Origin: Thermodesulfobacteriota bacterium
GTDB lineage: Bacteria; Desulfobacterota_D; UBA1144; Nemesobacterales; UBA2774
Reading direction: 5' to 3'
Assembly (NCBI GenBank): GCA_963422265.1
Contig: OY729416.1
Span: 1,440,001-1,504,000 of the forward strand
DNA: 64,000 nt
In this document: in pieces, positions 19,097 to 30,230 of the stretch
How the letters are laid out: every line of letters starts with the position of its first letter
Numbering within the stretch: the first letter of the stretch is position 1
The notes under the pieces: generated by a model
Database searches by the model: none
The model's input: only the letters and a program-made list of their open reading frames with translations
Told to the model about the DNA's origin: nothing
Position numbers and translations under genes: made by a program

Positions 19097-21838
19097 TTAT
19101 GGGGAACGCGATAGAACCTCTTTCAAGAACCTAGCCGTATGAGACTGCTGGCTTCTCCTCACAACTTCTTCAGGCGTGCCCTCCGCCACTACGTTCCCTC
19201 CCATTTCACCTCCCTCGAGACCCATATCTATTATATAATCAGCAGACTTTATTACGTCAAGGTTATGCTCAACTACCAAAACGGTATTTCCAGCAACTAC
19301 CAGCTTATTAACAATCTCGAGAAGCTTTTTAACGTCCTCGGCGTGAAGCCCTACAGTCGGCTCATCTAGCACGTAAAGAATATCCTTTCCTCCTTTCCTG
19401 CCGAGTTCTCTGGCAATTTTTATCCTCTGTGCTTCCCCTCCAGATAAGGTAGGGGCCGGCTGTCCTAGCCTTAGATAACCTAGCCCTACGTCCTGAAGGA
19501 TTTTGAGCTTCCTGACTATGGAGGGAAGCTTAGAAAAGAAAGTAATCGCCTCGTTCACGGTGAGAGCGAGAACCTCGTTAATATTCCTATCCTTGTATTT
19601 CACGGACAAGATTTCCTTTCTGAAACGTTCTCCGTCGCATTCCTCGCAAGTAATCAGAACGTCGGCAAGGAAGTGCATTTCTATTTTCTGCCTCCCTTCT
19701 CCCTGACAAGTCTCGCATCTGCCCCCCACTACATTGAAGGAAAAATGAGATGGGGTAAATCCTCTAGACCTAGCATACCAAGTAGCCGCGAATGTTTTTC
19801 TGATTTTATCATAAGCTTTTATGTAAGTAACTGGATTAGACCTACCACTTTTGCCTATTGGATTTTGGTCGAGCATTATGACGTCCGAGACGTGCTGATC
19901 TCCCCTAATCTCCTTATACTTGCCCACGCGCTCGACATCTCCGTGAAACCTCCTTGCCAGAGAAGAATAAAGAACGTCACCTACGAGTGAGCTCTTACCA
20001 GAGCCAGAAACTCCGGTTACACATATAAAAGTCCTAAGTGGAAACGAAACGTTCAAGTTCTTTAAGTTATTTTCCTGCGCCCCAATAATACTAAGACTCT
20101 TACCACTACCCTTTCTTCTCCGTGTGGGGACGGGAATACGCTTCTCTCCCGTTAGATAGAGCTTGGTTAGAGATTGCGGTGTCTTGTTTAATAAACCCTT
20201 TATTCCACCTTCATATGCTACTTCTCCACCCTTTTCTCCGGCATGGGGACCAAGTTCCACTACGTAGTCAGCCGACTTAATCATCTCGAAGTCGTGCTCA
20301 ACGACGACGACCGTGTTATCCCTGTCCCTTAGCTCTTTGATTAACAAGGTTAGACGAGATATATCCCTTGGGTGAAGTCCGATTGAGGGCTCGTCCATAA
20401 TATATAGTGTTTCAGTCAGGGTAGAACCTAATTGACAGGCAAGGCTAACCCTTTGCGACTCGCCTCCCGATAGCGATCGCGATAGTCTTGATAGGGTTAA
20501 GTACTCAAGCCCTACTCTGATCAGGAAATCTATCCTGGAATTGATTTGTTTTAAGATTTCAGAGGCGATGTCGTTTTCATAATCGCTTAATGAAATCTCT
20601 TCAAAAAAAATTTTGAGACCAGTGATTGGCAAGACCGATAACTCGTGTATGTCCTTTTTGTCAACCTTGACCCATAGAGCTTCTTTTTTGAGCCTACTGC
20701 CTCCGCATAGCTCACAATCCACCGCCGAGCGGTATTTGCTTAGAAACGCCCTGACGTGCATTTTATAGCTCTTACGCTCTAAGTAACCGAAAAACCCATC
20801 TATCCCCTTGAATCCATCGTCTCCCTCGAATAAGGCTCGCTTGTCTCTTTTTGAGAGCTTCTTATACGGCTTATTAATATCAATCCCCTTACCTTCGGAA
20901 AAGTTAATGAGTCTTTTTATCCAGGACATGTACGAAGGTTTAGTAAAGGGTTCTATAGCACCTTCCGCAAGGCTTTTCTCAGGATCAGGAACAACTAAGT
21001 CAGGATCGAGCCTAAGGACGTTTCCGAACCCCCTGCACTCATAACACGCCCCCTGGGGGCTGTTGAATGAAAAGAAAAGAGGGTCAGACTCGTCAAAGCG
21101 AGTCTGGCACGTTGGGCACTCAAGCTCTTTAGAGTAATAGAACGCCACACCTTTCATAATGTGGACTTTCGCGTAGCTGCACTCTCTGAACGCAGATTCC
21201 AAGGAATCAACTAAACGGGCAAAGGACTTTTTCTCTAGCGCAATGCGATCTACTAAAACCTCTGAGCCTTTCGGCAGCTCATCTATACCCTCAACCTCTA
21301 TCAACCCCTCGCCTTTTAGGATTCTGACAAAACCTTTGGAAAGAAGCTCTTCTGCAGAGGTGGCTATATTGCGCAATGGGAAGGTTATAAGCGCTCCCTT
21401 CCCCTCATGATTTTTGAGTAAATCCCGTGCTATGTCCTCAGGGGATGACCGTTTCACTTCCGCTTTGCACTTAGGGCAAAAGGTTCTTCCAATCTTTGCG
21501 TATAAAAGCCTCAGATAGTCGTAGATTTCCGTAGTAGTTCCAACGGTGGAACGTGAATTTCTAACCGTGTTCCTACTCTCAATAGCCACTGCAGGGGGAA
21601 GCCCAGATACGTTGTCAACGTCTGGGCGATCAACCCGTTCGAGAAATTGTCTGGCGTAGGTCGATAGACTTTCTATATATCTTCTGAGTCCTTCCGCATA
21701 AAGCGTATCCAAGGCAAGAGACGTCTTGCCCGAGCCGCTCAAGCCCGTAACAACCGTGTAGCTGCGCAGGGGTATTGAGACGTCTATGTTCTTTAGGTTG
21801 TTTTCCCTTGCCCCGCTTATTTTAATTTCGCTATTCAT
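19097..21838 (-). CDS. uvrA: Excinuclease ABC subunit A
   Basis: GARENNLKN, two GxSGSGK Walker A, LSGGE signatures, zinc fingers. Confidence 0.95.
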   Translation of the reverse strand: MNSEIKISGARENNLKNIDVSIPLRSYTVVTGLSGSGKTSLALDTLYAEGLRRYIESLSTYARQFLERVDRPDVDNVSGLPPAVAIESRNTVRNSRSTVGTTTEIYDYLRLLYAKIGRTFCPKCKAEVKRSSPEDIARDLLKNHEGKGALITFPLRNIATSAEELLSKGFVRILKGEGLIEVEGIDELPKGSEVLVDRIALEKKSFARLVDSLESAFRECSYAKVHIMKGVAFYYSKELECPTCQTRFDESDPLFFSFNSPQGACYECRGFGNVLRLDPDLVVPDPEKSLAEGAIEPFTKPSYMSWIKRLINFSEGKGIDINKPYKKLSKRDKRALFEGDDGFKGIDGFFGYLERKSYKMHVRAFLSKYRSAVDCELCGGSRLKKEALWVKVDKKDIHELSVLPITGLKIFFEEISLSDYENDIASEILKQINSRIDFLIRVGLEYLTLSRLSRSLSGGESQRVSLACQLGSTLTETLYIMDEPSIGLHPRDISRLTLLIKELRDRDNTVVVVEHDFEMIKSADYVVELGPHAGEKGGEVAYEGGIKGLLNKTPQSLTKLYLTGEKRIPVPTRRRKGSGKSLSIIGAQENNLKNLNVSFPLRTFICVTGVSGSGKSSLVGDVLYSSLARRFHGDVERVGKYKEIRGDQHVSDVIMLDQNPIGKSGRSNPVTYIKAYDKIRKTFAATWYARSRGFTPSHFSFNVVGGRCETCQGEGRQKIEMHFLADVLITCEECDGERFRKEILSVKYKDRNINEVLALTVNEAITFFSKLPSIVRKLKILQDVGLGYLRLGQPAPTLSGGEAQRIKIARELGRKGGKDILYVLDEPTVGLHAEDVKKLLEIVNKLVVAGNTVLVVEHNLDVIKSADYIIDMGLEGGEMGGNVVAEGTPEEVVRRSQQSHTARFLKEVLSRSP

Positions 21839-22032
21839 TCAGTATTACTATTTTATCGCCAAAGCTAAAAATTATGGCTTTTTGAAGGGAATCTAACTGG
21901 ATCAAACCCAGCGCAAGCATTGGATAAATCATAGCATAAAGTCTAAGTTAAGCCATTTTTAATCTGCTAGCTAAGTTCAGGGTTCAGAGTCGATTTCTCA
22001 CCGTCATTTCACTGTGGACTTTTGAAATAAAT

Positions 22033-23475
22033 ATGCGTGGCGGTTACTATGGAAGTCTCAATATGAGCAATATGAGAAGGTATTTATTTGCTTTACTCGC
22101 TTTAATCCTCTCAATCACCTTAAGTGACAGTAATGCTAGTTTGGCTAGCGCGTTATATGCGTCCCAGATTGAGTCTTTGGTGCCCAAGGAAGCGAGAAAC
22201 AATGGAAAGCTCGGCGTAGTCGTCAGATCGCTCACGACGGGAGAGACCATATTTGAGCACAATCCTCAAAAGCTATTTATACCTGCTTCTAACGGCAAGA
22301 TAGTAACGTCCGTCGCAGCGTTAGCTCTTTTAGGCAACGACTACAGATTCAAGACAGAATTCTATTCAGGAGGGGTTATACGGGAAGGTGTTCTTTACGG
22401 TGGGCTTTACGTTAAGGGCTATGGAGACCCAACCTTTGCTAAAGAGCATTTAGATAGTGTAGCTTCCTATTTCAAGAGAATAGGCATTAAAAGCATAAAA
22501 GGCGGAATCATCCTAGATGACTCTTATTTTAGTGCTATAAGGTATCCAAAGGGATGGAAAGAAGGTTGGAAGAAGGACTTCTACGGGGCGCCTATAAGTG
22601 CTTTATCTTATAACTACAACGTAATTGAGCTTAAAATTTCTTCTTCAACAACAAGTAGCAAACCTAAGGTCGAGATTGTCCCGATGGGGGCAAACGTCAG
22701 CGTTATCAACAAGGTGCTTACAAGTAGAAAGGGGGGCTTCCTCAAAGCTACTTGGCAAAACCGCAGGACTATTCTGCTCAAGGGCAAGGTCAAGAGCAGG
22801 TCCAGTTTTAGCCTAAAACTCCCAGCTCAGAACCCCACTCTATTTACAGGCGACGTAATAAGGAGCGCACTAGCGAGAGCGGGGATCAAGGTCGAGGGAC
22901 ATCTGATCATGGGCGCGGTGCCAACGTCGGCAAATCTATTCTATACTCATTACTCTGAGACGCTTTCTTCAATCATGACTGCATACAACAAAAATAGCAT
23001 TAACATTATAGGCGAAAACATCATTAAAGCCCTTGGGGCGGAACGCAAAGGGGCGCCCGGAACCTGGGACAAGGGATCCGAATCTATATCCGAATTTTTG
23101 AACGAGGTAGGAATCAAAAATGGATTTAAGATAGTTGACGGGTCAGGACTCTCCCTTGAAAACAGGATGTCTCCGGAGGTGCTCACCGACGTTCTTAGCT
23201 ACGCGTATAGGAATCTGGCGCTAGCCTCCATTTTCATAGATTCCCTTCCTATAGCTGGCGTGGACGGCACGCTCGAGAAGAGATTTAGGGCAACCGAGAT
23301 TAAGGGTAGGGTCAGGGCGAAGACGGGTTATTTAAAGAACGTCAGAACCCTTTCTGGATACGTTTTCACTAAGCAGGGAGACGTGTTGGCATTTTCCATT
23401 CTCGCAAATGGACTCGGAGTCAAGACAAAAGAGTTTCAACGCAATCTGCTGAGTAAACTGACGAACTGCTGTTAA
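22033..23475 (+). CDS. dacB: D-Ala-D-Ala carboxypeptidase/endopeptidase (PBP4, peptidase S13)
   Basis: PASNGK (SxxK), SIN (SxN), DGSGLS, AKTG; signal peptide. Confidence 0.92.
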   Translation: MRGGYYGSLNMSNMRRYLFALLALILSITLSDSNASLASALYASQIESLVPKEARNNGKLGVVVRSLTTGETIFEHNPQKLFIPASNGKIVTSVAALALLGNDYRFKTEFYSGGVIREGVLYGGLYVKGYGDPTFAKEHLDSVASYFKRIGIKSIKGGIILDDSYFSAIRYPKGWKEGWKKDFYGAPISALSYNYNVIELKISSSTTSSKPKVEIVPMGANVSVINKVLTSRKGGFLKATWQNRRTILLKGKVKSRSSFSLKLPAQNPTLFTGDVIRSALARAGIKVEGHLIMGAVPTSANLFYTHYSETLSSIMTAYNKNSINIIGENIIKALGAERKGAPGTWDKGSESISEFLNEVGIKNGFKIVDGSGLSLENRMSPEVLTDVLSYAYRNLALASIFIDSLPIAGVDGTLEKRFRATEIKGRVRAKTGYLKNVRTLSGYVFTKQGDVLAFSILANGLGVKTKEFQRNLLSKLTNCC

Positions 23476-23579
23476 TCTAAGTGATTAACAGTTAGAAAAA
23501 TCATATTAAGTCGTCCCCCTAGTGAAATTAAAATAGTAGAAGCTGCGTAAGGGCAATCACGTAGCTTACCGCTACTTTA

Positions 23580-23789
23580 CTAACGTAAAAGTCTTAGGGG
23601 TAATTTTAGCAAGTAGAGGATTACGGCAGGTTTTAGGAACATAGAGGCAAACTGCCATAAATCCGCAGGGGTCATGTAGATTTTGGAATCCCAAACACCC
23701 ATTTGTCCGGTTAGAACAACAAACTCTCCCTCTACAGCAGCATCCTTAACCTTGATCTCAAAATCTCCTGCTTCACTGCTGACTTTCAT
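23580..23789 (-). CDS. Small hypothetical protein, 69 aa
   Basis: Strong ggagg RBS directly downstream of aroE. Confidence 0.7.
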   Translation of the reverse strand: MKVSSEAGDFEIKVKDAAVEGEFVVLTGQMGVWDSKIYMTPADLWQFASMFLKPAVILYLLKLPLRLLR

Positions 23790-23804
23790 AACACCTCCGA
23801 TCTA

Positions 23805-24653
23805 CTAAACAAGCGCTTTCATCATAATATCAACTGGGGCACCCCTACCAGTCCAAATCTCAAAACTTCCTACTCCCTGATAGAGCAACATGCTAATCCC
23901 CCCAGAGGCTTTGTATCCCAGCTCTTTCGCCTCTTTCAAAAGGCTTGTTTCCTTTGGCTTATATACTAGGTCATACACGGCTGCGCCCTTTTTAAGGCTC
24001 GGAAGCGGTATATCTAAAGCTCCCACTCCATCCATGCCCGCAGGAGATGCGTTTACTAGGAAGTCAGTCTCCTTGAGCTTACTTTCTATCACGCCTCGAT
24101 TTTGAATCTCTATAGACTCAACATTTACATCGTGGAAATTCGCGCTAAATTCGTTTGCAAGGTCAGCGGCTTTTTCCCTTATTATATCAGTTACGTAGAT
24201 TACAGAGGCTTCTCTGTTACAGCATCCGGACAGAACAGCTCGGGCAGCTCCTCCAGCGCCGACCAGAAAAACCGTCTTCCCTTTGGGGCTAAAATCTAAA
24301 TCCTCTTTTATTGCTCTAAGAAATCCCCCCACGTCAGTATTATAGCCCGACAGCTTGCCGTCTTCGTTCTTAACGGTATTGACGGCTCCAGTAAGCTTAG
24401 CGTCAGGGGATATTTCATCCAGAAAGGGCATTATCGCCTGCTTATGCGGAATAGTAGCGTTGATTCCCTTTATTCCCATTAGCCTTATGAAGTGAACGGC
24501 GTCTTCAATATTCTCAGGGGCTATATCAAAAGCCACATATATGGAGTCGAGCCCAAGGGCGTCAAATGCCCCGTTATGCATATTAGGAGACAAGCTATGT
24601 CTGACTGGATGCCCAAAAATCCCGTAAACGTCCGTAGTAGCCTTCACTTTCAC
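23805..24653 (-). CDS. aroE: Shikimate dehydrogenase
   Basis: HSLSPNMHN, NATIPHK, GAVNT, NTD, GAGGAA, DLVY. Confidence 0.95.
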   Translation of the reverse strand: MKVKATTDVYGIFGHPVRHSLSPNMHNGAFDALGLDSIYVAFDIAPENIEDAVHFIRLMGIKGINATIPHKQAIMPFLDEISPDAKLTGAVNTVKNEDGKLSGYNTDVGGFLRAIKEDLDFSPKGKTVFLVGAGGAARAVLSGCCNREASVIYVTDIIREKAADLANEFSANFHDVNVESIEIQNRGVIESKLKETDFLVNASPAGMDGVGALDIPLPSLKKGAAVYDLVYKPKETSLLKEAKELGYKASGGISMLLYQGVGSFEIWTGRGAPVDIMMKALV

Positions 24654-24797
24654 AATAGTTGCCTCAGTTACCCTTACCCAATTAGTTGCCCCTCATCGCA
24701 TTTCCTAATTTTCATCCAACGTATTTCATCTAACTGTCTAAGAAAACTAGACCCTACTTATGTATTATTGTGAATTTCAATCTGTAATTATATTTGG

Positions 24798-25715
24798 CTA
24801 ATTGCTCAACAGCAATCTCTTTACATTCTGAACGTCCTTTTTTATTTGTTGAACAAGTGCATACGCTCCATTAAACTTCCTCTCGTCCCTTACCCTGTCA
24901 ACAAACTCTATCCTTATCCTTTTGTCGTAAATATCTTTATTAAAATCAAGGACGTGGATCTCTATCAGAAGCTCATTATTCCCAAACGTAGGGCGGTAGC
25001 CTACGTTAGTTATACTGTTCAATACCGCGCCATCTACGTGGGCTAAGGTAGCGTAAACGCCGACTTTCGGGAGAACATCCCAGTCCGTATCTAAATTAGC
25101 CGTTGGAAATCCTATACGTCTTCCCCTTCTTTCACCAATCTTGACCCGCCCATCAATAGAGAAATTATAACCCAAGAACCTCTCCGCCTTTTTGACGTTC
25201 CCCTCTCTTATCAAATTCCTTATTGCGGTGCTGCTCACTACTTCATCGTCAATACGAGCGGGATCTATCACCATAGTGTCAAAGTCGTGTTGCTCTCCCA
25301 TAATCTTAAGGAGGTTGATGTTGCCCTGTCTTTTGCTACCAAAAGAAAAATCTTGCCCAACTACCAGATGCCTGACGTTAAGCTTGCCGACTAAGACATC
25401 GGACACAAAGTCTTCCGCCGATATTTTCGCAATCTCCTTTGTGAACGTATAGCAAACAACTAAGTCAACACCTTCTCTCTCAAGCAGTTTTAACCTCTCT
25501 ATCATTGGGGCTAAGAGTGGCACGTCTATATTCCTTAAAACCTTCTGCGGATGGGGATGGAAACTTATAATGCAGGGGGTAAGCTCCCCCTGTCGGGCTT
25601 TTTCCTTAACGGCTTTGATTATTCTCTTGTGCCCTATGTGCACGCCGTCAAAGTTTCCTATGGTGGTGGACGTGCGTGTCTCTATAGGCTCGTCCGGATC
25701 TACAATTACTTTCAT
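24798..25715 (-). CDS. ribF: Bifunctional riboflavin kinase/FAD synthetase
   Basis: GNFDGVHIGH, VSSTAIR, GFPTAN, NVGYRPT. Confidence 0.96.
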   Translation of the reverse strand: MKVIVDPDEPIETRTSTTIGNFDGVHIGHKRIIKAVKEKARQGELTPCIISFHPHPQKVLRNIDVPLLAPMIERLKLLEREGVDLVVCYTFTKEIAKISAEDFVSDVLVGKLNVRHLVVGQDFSFGSKRQGNINLLKIMGEQHDFDTMVIDPARIDDEVVSSTAIRNLIREGNVKKAERFLGYNFSIDGRVKIGERRGRRIGFPTANLDTDWDVLPKVGVYATLAHVDGAVLNSITNVGYRPTFGNNELLIEIHVLDFNKDIYDKRIRIEFVDRVRDERKFNGAYALVQQIKKDVQNVKRLLLSN

Positions 25716-26012
25716 GTTTCAGAATTCGCTACCGCGGCGCACTTACCTTATACTATAACATACAGAACATTACACCATAACTGCTCAAAAGTAAAACGTT
25801 TGAAGGGGCTTATACCTGTTGAGTCCATACGTCAGATGGACGATACGCGGATGTATTCCCGCACTGCAGGTTTACGGTTCCCCACTCGATGAACGCGGAT
25901 ATTATCTCGCTCGCGTTGTGGACTTGAAAACCCCGCTTCACTAATTCAAAACAATTTGCTATAATAGGATAGTTTGTTATGTAGCCGAAAAACAGTAGAG
26001 GAGGTTCCAAAA

Positions 26013-26900
26013 TTGTCTAAGCGGTTTTTGGCCGCTTTAATAGTGATAGGGTTGCTATCGGCAACAAACGCCTTTGCTAGAGAGGGTCTATACTTTGGTG
26101 CCGATATTGGGGCGGCCATACCACAGAAGCTGAACTCCAGCCACAGAGACACGGATGTTCCGACGAACTGCGATCAGCTCCTAACATCCTGGGGAAAGAT
26201 ACTTTCATTGAAGGACGATAAATGCAAACGCGGGCAGGATAAATGGACTAATAGCTTTGATCTTGGAACTGGTATCCTAGCAGGCGTCAATCTCGGTTAC
26301 TCTTTGCGCAAACTCCGCGTAGAGGCTGAATACTTTCACCGGGGGCAGAGCGGCGAAATCTCAAAGATTGACACGATCACGGTGGGAAACAAGAATGCTG
26401 AGTTCGTCAACGCCGACGGAAGGATCAGCGACCTTCGTGGAAATCACTTTTTCGCAAATCTCTACTATGACTTTCAAAACTTATCATCAACTAGAATGAT
26501 ACCTTACGTAGGTGCTGGCGTCGGCTTTACGTATGTCAAAATGGACTTTTCCGAGAGATTCATAAGAAGCTCAGACCGTGGTTACATAGAAGAAATAGGA
26601 AGGAACCCTAACGCAGCGGGCACTGCTACGCTAGCCGACCATGAGTTGTCTGATACCTTGTTCGGCTATCAGTTGATGGCAGGTTTTGATTATGCGTTAA
26701 GCGAGTGGTTTTATGTGGGAGTGAAGTCACGCTACGGAGATTACTTTGGGGATTTCAAAGATGGCAACGCCTGGGATCAGTTGAGAAGCCATGAATCTAG
26801 GTTTGAAGAGAGCGGGGACATCGTCCGCTACAGGTTTAAGACGAATGATCTACGCTTCTGGGGTGTTTCACTGAACCTCAAGTATTTTTTTGAGATCTGA
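26013..26900 (+). CDS. Outer-membrane beta-barrel protein (Opa/Msp4-like porin family)
   Basis: gaggagg RBS plus TTG start, signal peptide, LRVEAEY, NLYYDF, PYVGAGVG, GYQLMAG, aromatic C-terminus. Confidence 0.8.
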   Translation: MSKRFLAALIVIGLLSATNAFAREGLYFGADIGAAIPQKLNSSHRDTDVPTNCDQLLTSWGKILSLKDDKCKRGQDKWTNSFDLGTGILAGVNLGYSLRKLRVEAEYFHRGQSGEISKIDTITVGNKNAEFVNADGRISDLRGNHFFANLYYDFQNLSSTRMIPYVGAGVGFTYVKMDFSERFIRSSDRGYIEEIGRNPNAAGTATLADHELSDTLFGYQLMAGFDYALSEWFYVGVKSRYGDYFGDFKDGNAWDQLRSHESRFEESGDIVRYRFKTNDLRFWGVSLNLKYFFEI

Positions 26901-26920
26901 CGCGGGCTAGGTGTAGTGAT

Positions 26921-27670
26921 ATGGAGTCAGTCACCGTTAGAACTTTAACGATGTTTCCTAGTAAGAGTAAGGTGAGCGTTCTTTTAGGGGATGCAAACGA
27001 ACTCATAAAGGAGATAGACAGTAATTCAGTAGATTTGATCGCTACCGATCCACCTTATGAAATCAACTTTGAGAATAATGACTGGGATGAGCCTAATTCC
27101 TTAAACTGGCACTACTTAGCCAGTGAATTCAAGAGAGTATTAAAACCTGATGGGAGTCTGATAGTATTTCAGGGCTGGTCTCAAGTATGTAACACCAAAG
27201 CTGTATTGGATAATTACTTTACAATAAAGAATTGGATTATCTATGACAGGGTAAAGGGCAGGGGCGCTAAAACTAATCTGGTATCTACTAGAGAAGATAT
27301 TTTATGGTATGTAGTAGATGATAGTAACTATACTTATAATAAAGTTAGATCTAACATAAAGAAAAAGACTGGCGGTATGGGGATAAAAAATGGTAATGAA
27401 TATAGGGCATTATCTAATGTATGGACAGATATATCTCCTATTGTCCCTTGGTCCGCGGAGAGAGTATCCCATCCTACGCAAAAGCCATTAGAATTAATGA
27501 CAAGAATTATTGAAATATATTCTAATGAGGGTGATATGGTATTGGACCCGTTTTGCGGAAGTGGAACGTCAGCGGTGGCTTCTAAAATTTTACACAGGCA
27601 ATTTCTTGGTTTTGAGCGTGATAAAGCCTACTATGAGATAAGCAAAAACAGAGTAGATAATTGTGAATGA
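26921..27670 (+). CDS. Site-specific DNA methyltransferase (beta class, N6-A/N4-C)
   Basis: DPPY precedes HPTQKP and LDPFCGSGT. Confidence 0.92.
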   Translation: MESVTVRTLTMFPSKSKVSVLLGDANELIKEIDSNSVDLIATDPPYEINFENNDWDEPNSLNWHYLASEFKRVLKPDGSLIVFQGWSQVCNTKAVLDNYFTIKNWIIYDRVKGRGAKTNLVSTREDILWYVVDDSNYTYNKVRSNIKKKTGGMGIKNGNEYRALSNVWTDISPIVPWSAERVSHPTQKPLELMTRIIEIYSNEGDMVLDPFCGSGTSAVASKILHRQFLGFERDKAYYEISKNRVDNCE

Positions 27671-28216
27671 TAGCTTCAGAGATGGAATAATAAATCTTCA
27701 TACCCGGCAGTTTGGCAAAGTAGTCGAACTGATAGTTCAATTACTCAGGGATTATCAAGACAGTAATCAGTTGGATTTTGATTTGTTTGATCCAGACACC
27801 AATAAACATATAGAAGTAAAATCATCAAGGGTATTTAAAGAAAACAGATTAGAGTTAGAGTTAAGCAATCTATATGCACTAATTGTTAATAATTCTAATA
27901 GAAATAGGCTGCTGAAGCAGAATCAGGCGACTGATGTAAAATTTGATGTAATATACAGCAGATAAAAATAGAGTTGTTTGATACAATGTATTACCTGTTA
28001 TTTTTTTACGATATTATAGAGATATTTAAAATTGACAGTAAGCAGGTAAAGAAAGATAGAAACCTCAATTACAGAAACAAGCAGCACAGAGGTAATGAAG
28101 GGGAAGGTCAATTTCATATCAATCAAAATAATTACCAGTATCATAAAAACAACTATTTTTTACAGTCTGTTACTTATGAAAAGATAAAAGAGCTATTACT
28201 AAAGAGGGTTAAATAG
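27663..28216 (+). pseudogene. Putative type II restriction endonuclease (PD-(D/E)xK), frameshifted
   Basis: Overlaps the MTase stop; FDLFD...IEVKSSR; adding one base near 27947 joins the two ORFs (FD[C]NIQQIKIELFDTMYY). Confidence 0.7.
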
Positions 28217-28321
28217 TAGCACCTAAGTAAAAAACGAGCAAAGAAACTGAAGATAAGCCAAAGCTGACTTTTCAAATCAGAACCCTAAAGGCACAGTAAA
28301 ATATGAAGAAACAGAAATAAA

Positions 28322-28399
28322 TGGTAGCCCCTACGGGATTTGAACCCGTGTTTTAGCCTTGAGAGGGCTACGTCCTGGGCCAGGCTAGACGAAGGGGCC
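28322..28399 (-). tRNA. tRNA-Glu (anticodon CTC)
   Basis: Acceptor ggcccct/aggggct, anticodon arm tagcc-ctCTCaa-ggcta, T-loop ttcaaat, encoded CCA. Confidence 0.97.
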
Positions 28400-28479
28400 T
28401 TACGCTAAATTTAGAGTATAAAATCTATCACAAGTAATAAAGAAAAGCAAAGAGGCAAAAGCATCTTGAGCACGGGCGA

Positions 28480-29037
28480 TCAGCCTTCTCTTTTCAACTG
28501 TTTTTTAAAACGCTTAAAATTCTTTACGTAATGATCCGCTGAGAACCTTAAATCTTCTATCTCTTGCGGCGTTACGTTCCTAATAACCCTACCGGGCGAG
28601 CCTAAAACCATTGAATTATCGGGAATAACCTTTCCCTGCGTAATTAGGCAATTAGCCCCGATTATACAGTTATCGCCGATCTCGGCGTTGTTTAATATGA
28701 CGGCGTTAATTCCAACTAGGCTATTATCCCCTACCTTGCACCCGTGCAGCATCGCATTATGCCCCACCGTTACCCCATTTCCTACGTGAGCGGTAATTCC
28801 TTCATCGGTATGAATCACAACCCCATCCTGAATATTTGTATTTTCTTCTATTGTAATCAGATCGTCATCGCCCCTTATCACCGCCCCAAACCAGACGCTT
28901 ACGTTATTATGAATAATCACCGAGCCTATTACTACAGCACTATCTGCTATGAAATAATCTTTTCCTATAATACGGACACGCCTTTCACCGAGTGAGTAGG
29001 GCAATTGTTTCTTCCTCCTTATATCAGTCTGTGCCAA
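28480..29037 (-). CDS. Gamma-class carbonic anhydrase family protein
   Basis: [31 protein letters not shown] hexapeptide repeats. Confidence 0.92.
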   Translation of the reverse strand: MAQTDIRRKKQLPYSLGERRVRIIGKDYFIADSAVVIGSVIIHNNVSVWFGAVIRGDDDLITIEENTNIQDGVVIHTDEGITAHVGNGVTVGHNAMLHGCKVGDNSLVGINAVILNNAEIGDNCIIGANCLITQGKVIPDNSMVLGSPGRVIRNVTPQEIEDLRFSADHYVKNFKRFKKQLKREG

Positions 29038-30008
29038 CCCCTTATTCCTCTCACCAAAAACACTTCAAAAGTAGGGCTGACTTGCAGATATTGATATACT
29101 TCGTTCGCTTCTTTCTCGTCCGTAAAAGCTGCAAACACTGCGGAGCCACTTCCCGTCATCTGAATGTTCTGAGCCCCCAACGACTCAAACACTCGTCTAT
29201 AAGCCATTATCTGCGGGTAAAGCTCGCTTGCGGGCGACTCAAGATCATTTTTAAGGGGAAGAGTACCGTTTTTGCTATTTGCAAAGCGCCCCTGTTTGTA
29301 ATCAGGACGCCATTTAGCAATCTCCGCGTGGCGCCCTGAGTTGGTGGTCTTTAGATGCGGTTGATGATCGCCTCTTCTAGCGTTTTGCTCGTCCCATTTC
29401 ATATAAACTTCTTTGGTGGATACATGGAGATTGGGATATATAATAACGTAGAAAAACAGGGGAAAATCCTTTAGCGGCGTTACTCTCTCGCCTACGCCCT
29501 CGACCAGAGCCGTTGCTGAATTGATAAAGAACGCTACGTCGGAACCTATTTGGCTCGCTAGGCTAAATAACACCTCGTCGGTGAGCGCCGAGGAGAGCTT
29601 GTTCAAGCCTACCAGGACGGAGGCGGCGTTACCGCTTCCCCCACCTAATCCCGCCCCTAAAGGGATTTTCTTTTTTATGAATACGTTTACGCTTAGTCTA
29701 AGACCACTTTGTCTAAGAAAGAGCTCCGCTGCCTTATAAGCTAGGTTGTCCTCATTATCCGGAAGTTTAATCCCGCTTGAATCAATCTTGATACTTCCCC
29801 CTTCTACAAGCGGCCCGGACATGCTCACTAACCGCTCAGGACGACGCCCCTTATCTATATCTATAACTACCTCATCAAAGAGATCTACTGGCTGCATTAT
29901 AGATCTTACATTGTGATAGCCATCCGATCTGACACCTAGTATCTCCAAGGTCAAATTAACTTTTGCAGGGGAAAGAAGCGTTACTTTAGCCACGGCAATA
30001 TTGAACAA
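29019..30008 (-). CDS. ispE: 4-diphosphocytidyl-2-C-methyl-D-erythritol kinase, with two insertions
   Basis: [39 protein letters not shown]; true start probably GTG near 29993. Confidence 0.93.
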   Translation of the reverse strand: MFNIAVAKVTLLSPAKVNLTLEILGVRSDGYHNVRSIMQPVDLFDEVVIDIDKGRRPERLVSMSGPLVEGGSIKIDSSGIKLPDNEDNLAYKAAELFLRQSGLRLSVNVFIKKKIPLGAGLGGGSGNAASVLVGLNKLSSALTDEVLFSLASQIGSDVAFFINSATALVEGVGERVTPLKDFPLFFYVIIYPNLHVSTKEVYMKWDEQNARRGDHQPHLKTTNSGRHAEIAKWRPDYKQGRFANSKNGTLPLKNDLESPASELYPQIMAYRRVFESLGAQNIQMTGSGSAVFAAFTDEKEANEVYQYLQVSPTFEVFLVRGIRGWHRLI

Positions 30009-30230
30009 ATATTACATATAACTAGATTTTAGCAAATACTACTAAGTAGTGCTCGTTGTTCTCCTTCACATATAATATGCTCCCAATTTCTTAGTAGTTT
30101 TTTAAGTTGTCAACTTAAATTTTATGGAAGGAATGTGGCGAGGGGGCATAAAAGCGTAGTAATTGCAACAAGTTATAACTATATACGATGCCATAGGGAA
30201 ATTATTTCCAAATTGATATTAAAATAACCC

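Noticed and set aside
25820-25926. FMN or cobalamin riboswitch near ribF
   Set aside because: Conserved riboswitch signature sequences are absent
25716-26920. att-site duplicate of the tRNA-Glu 3' end
   Set aside because: No copy of tggtagcccc found at the far side of the islet
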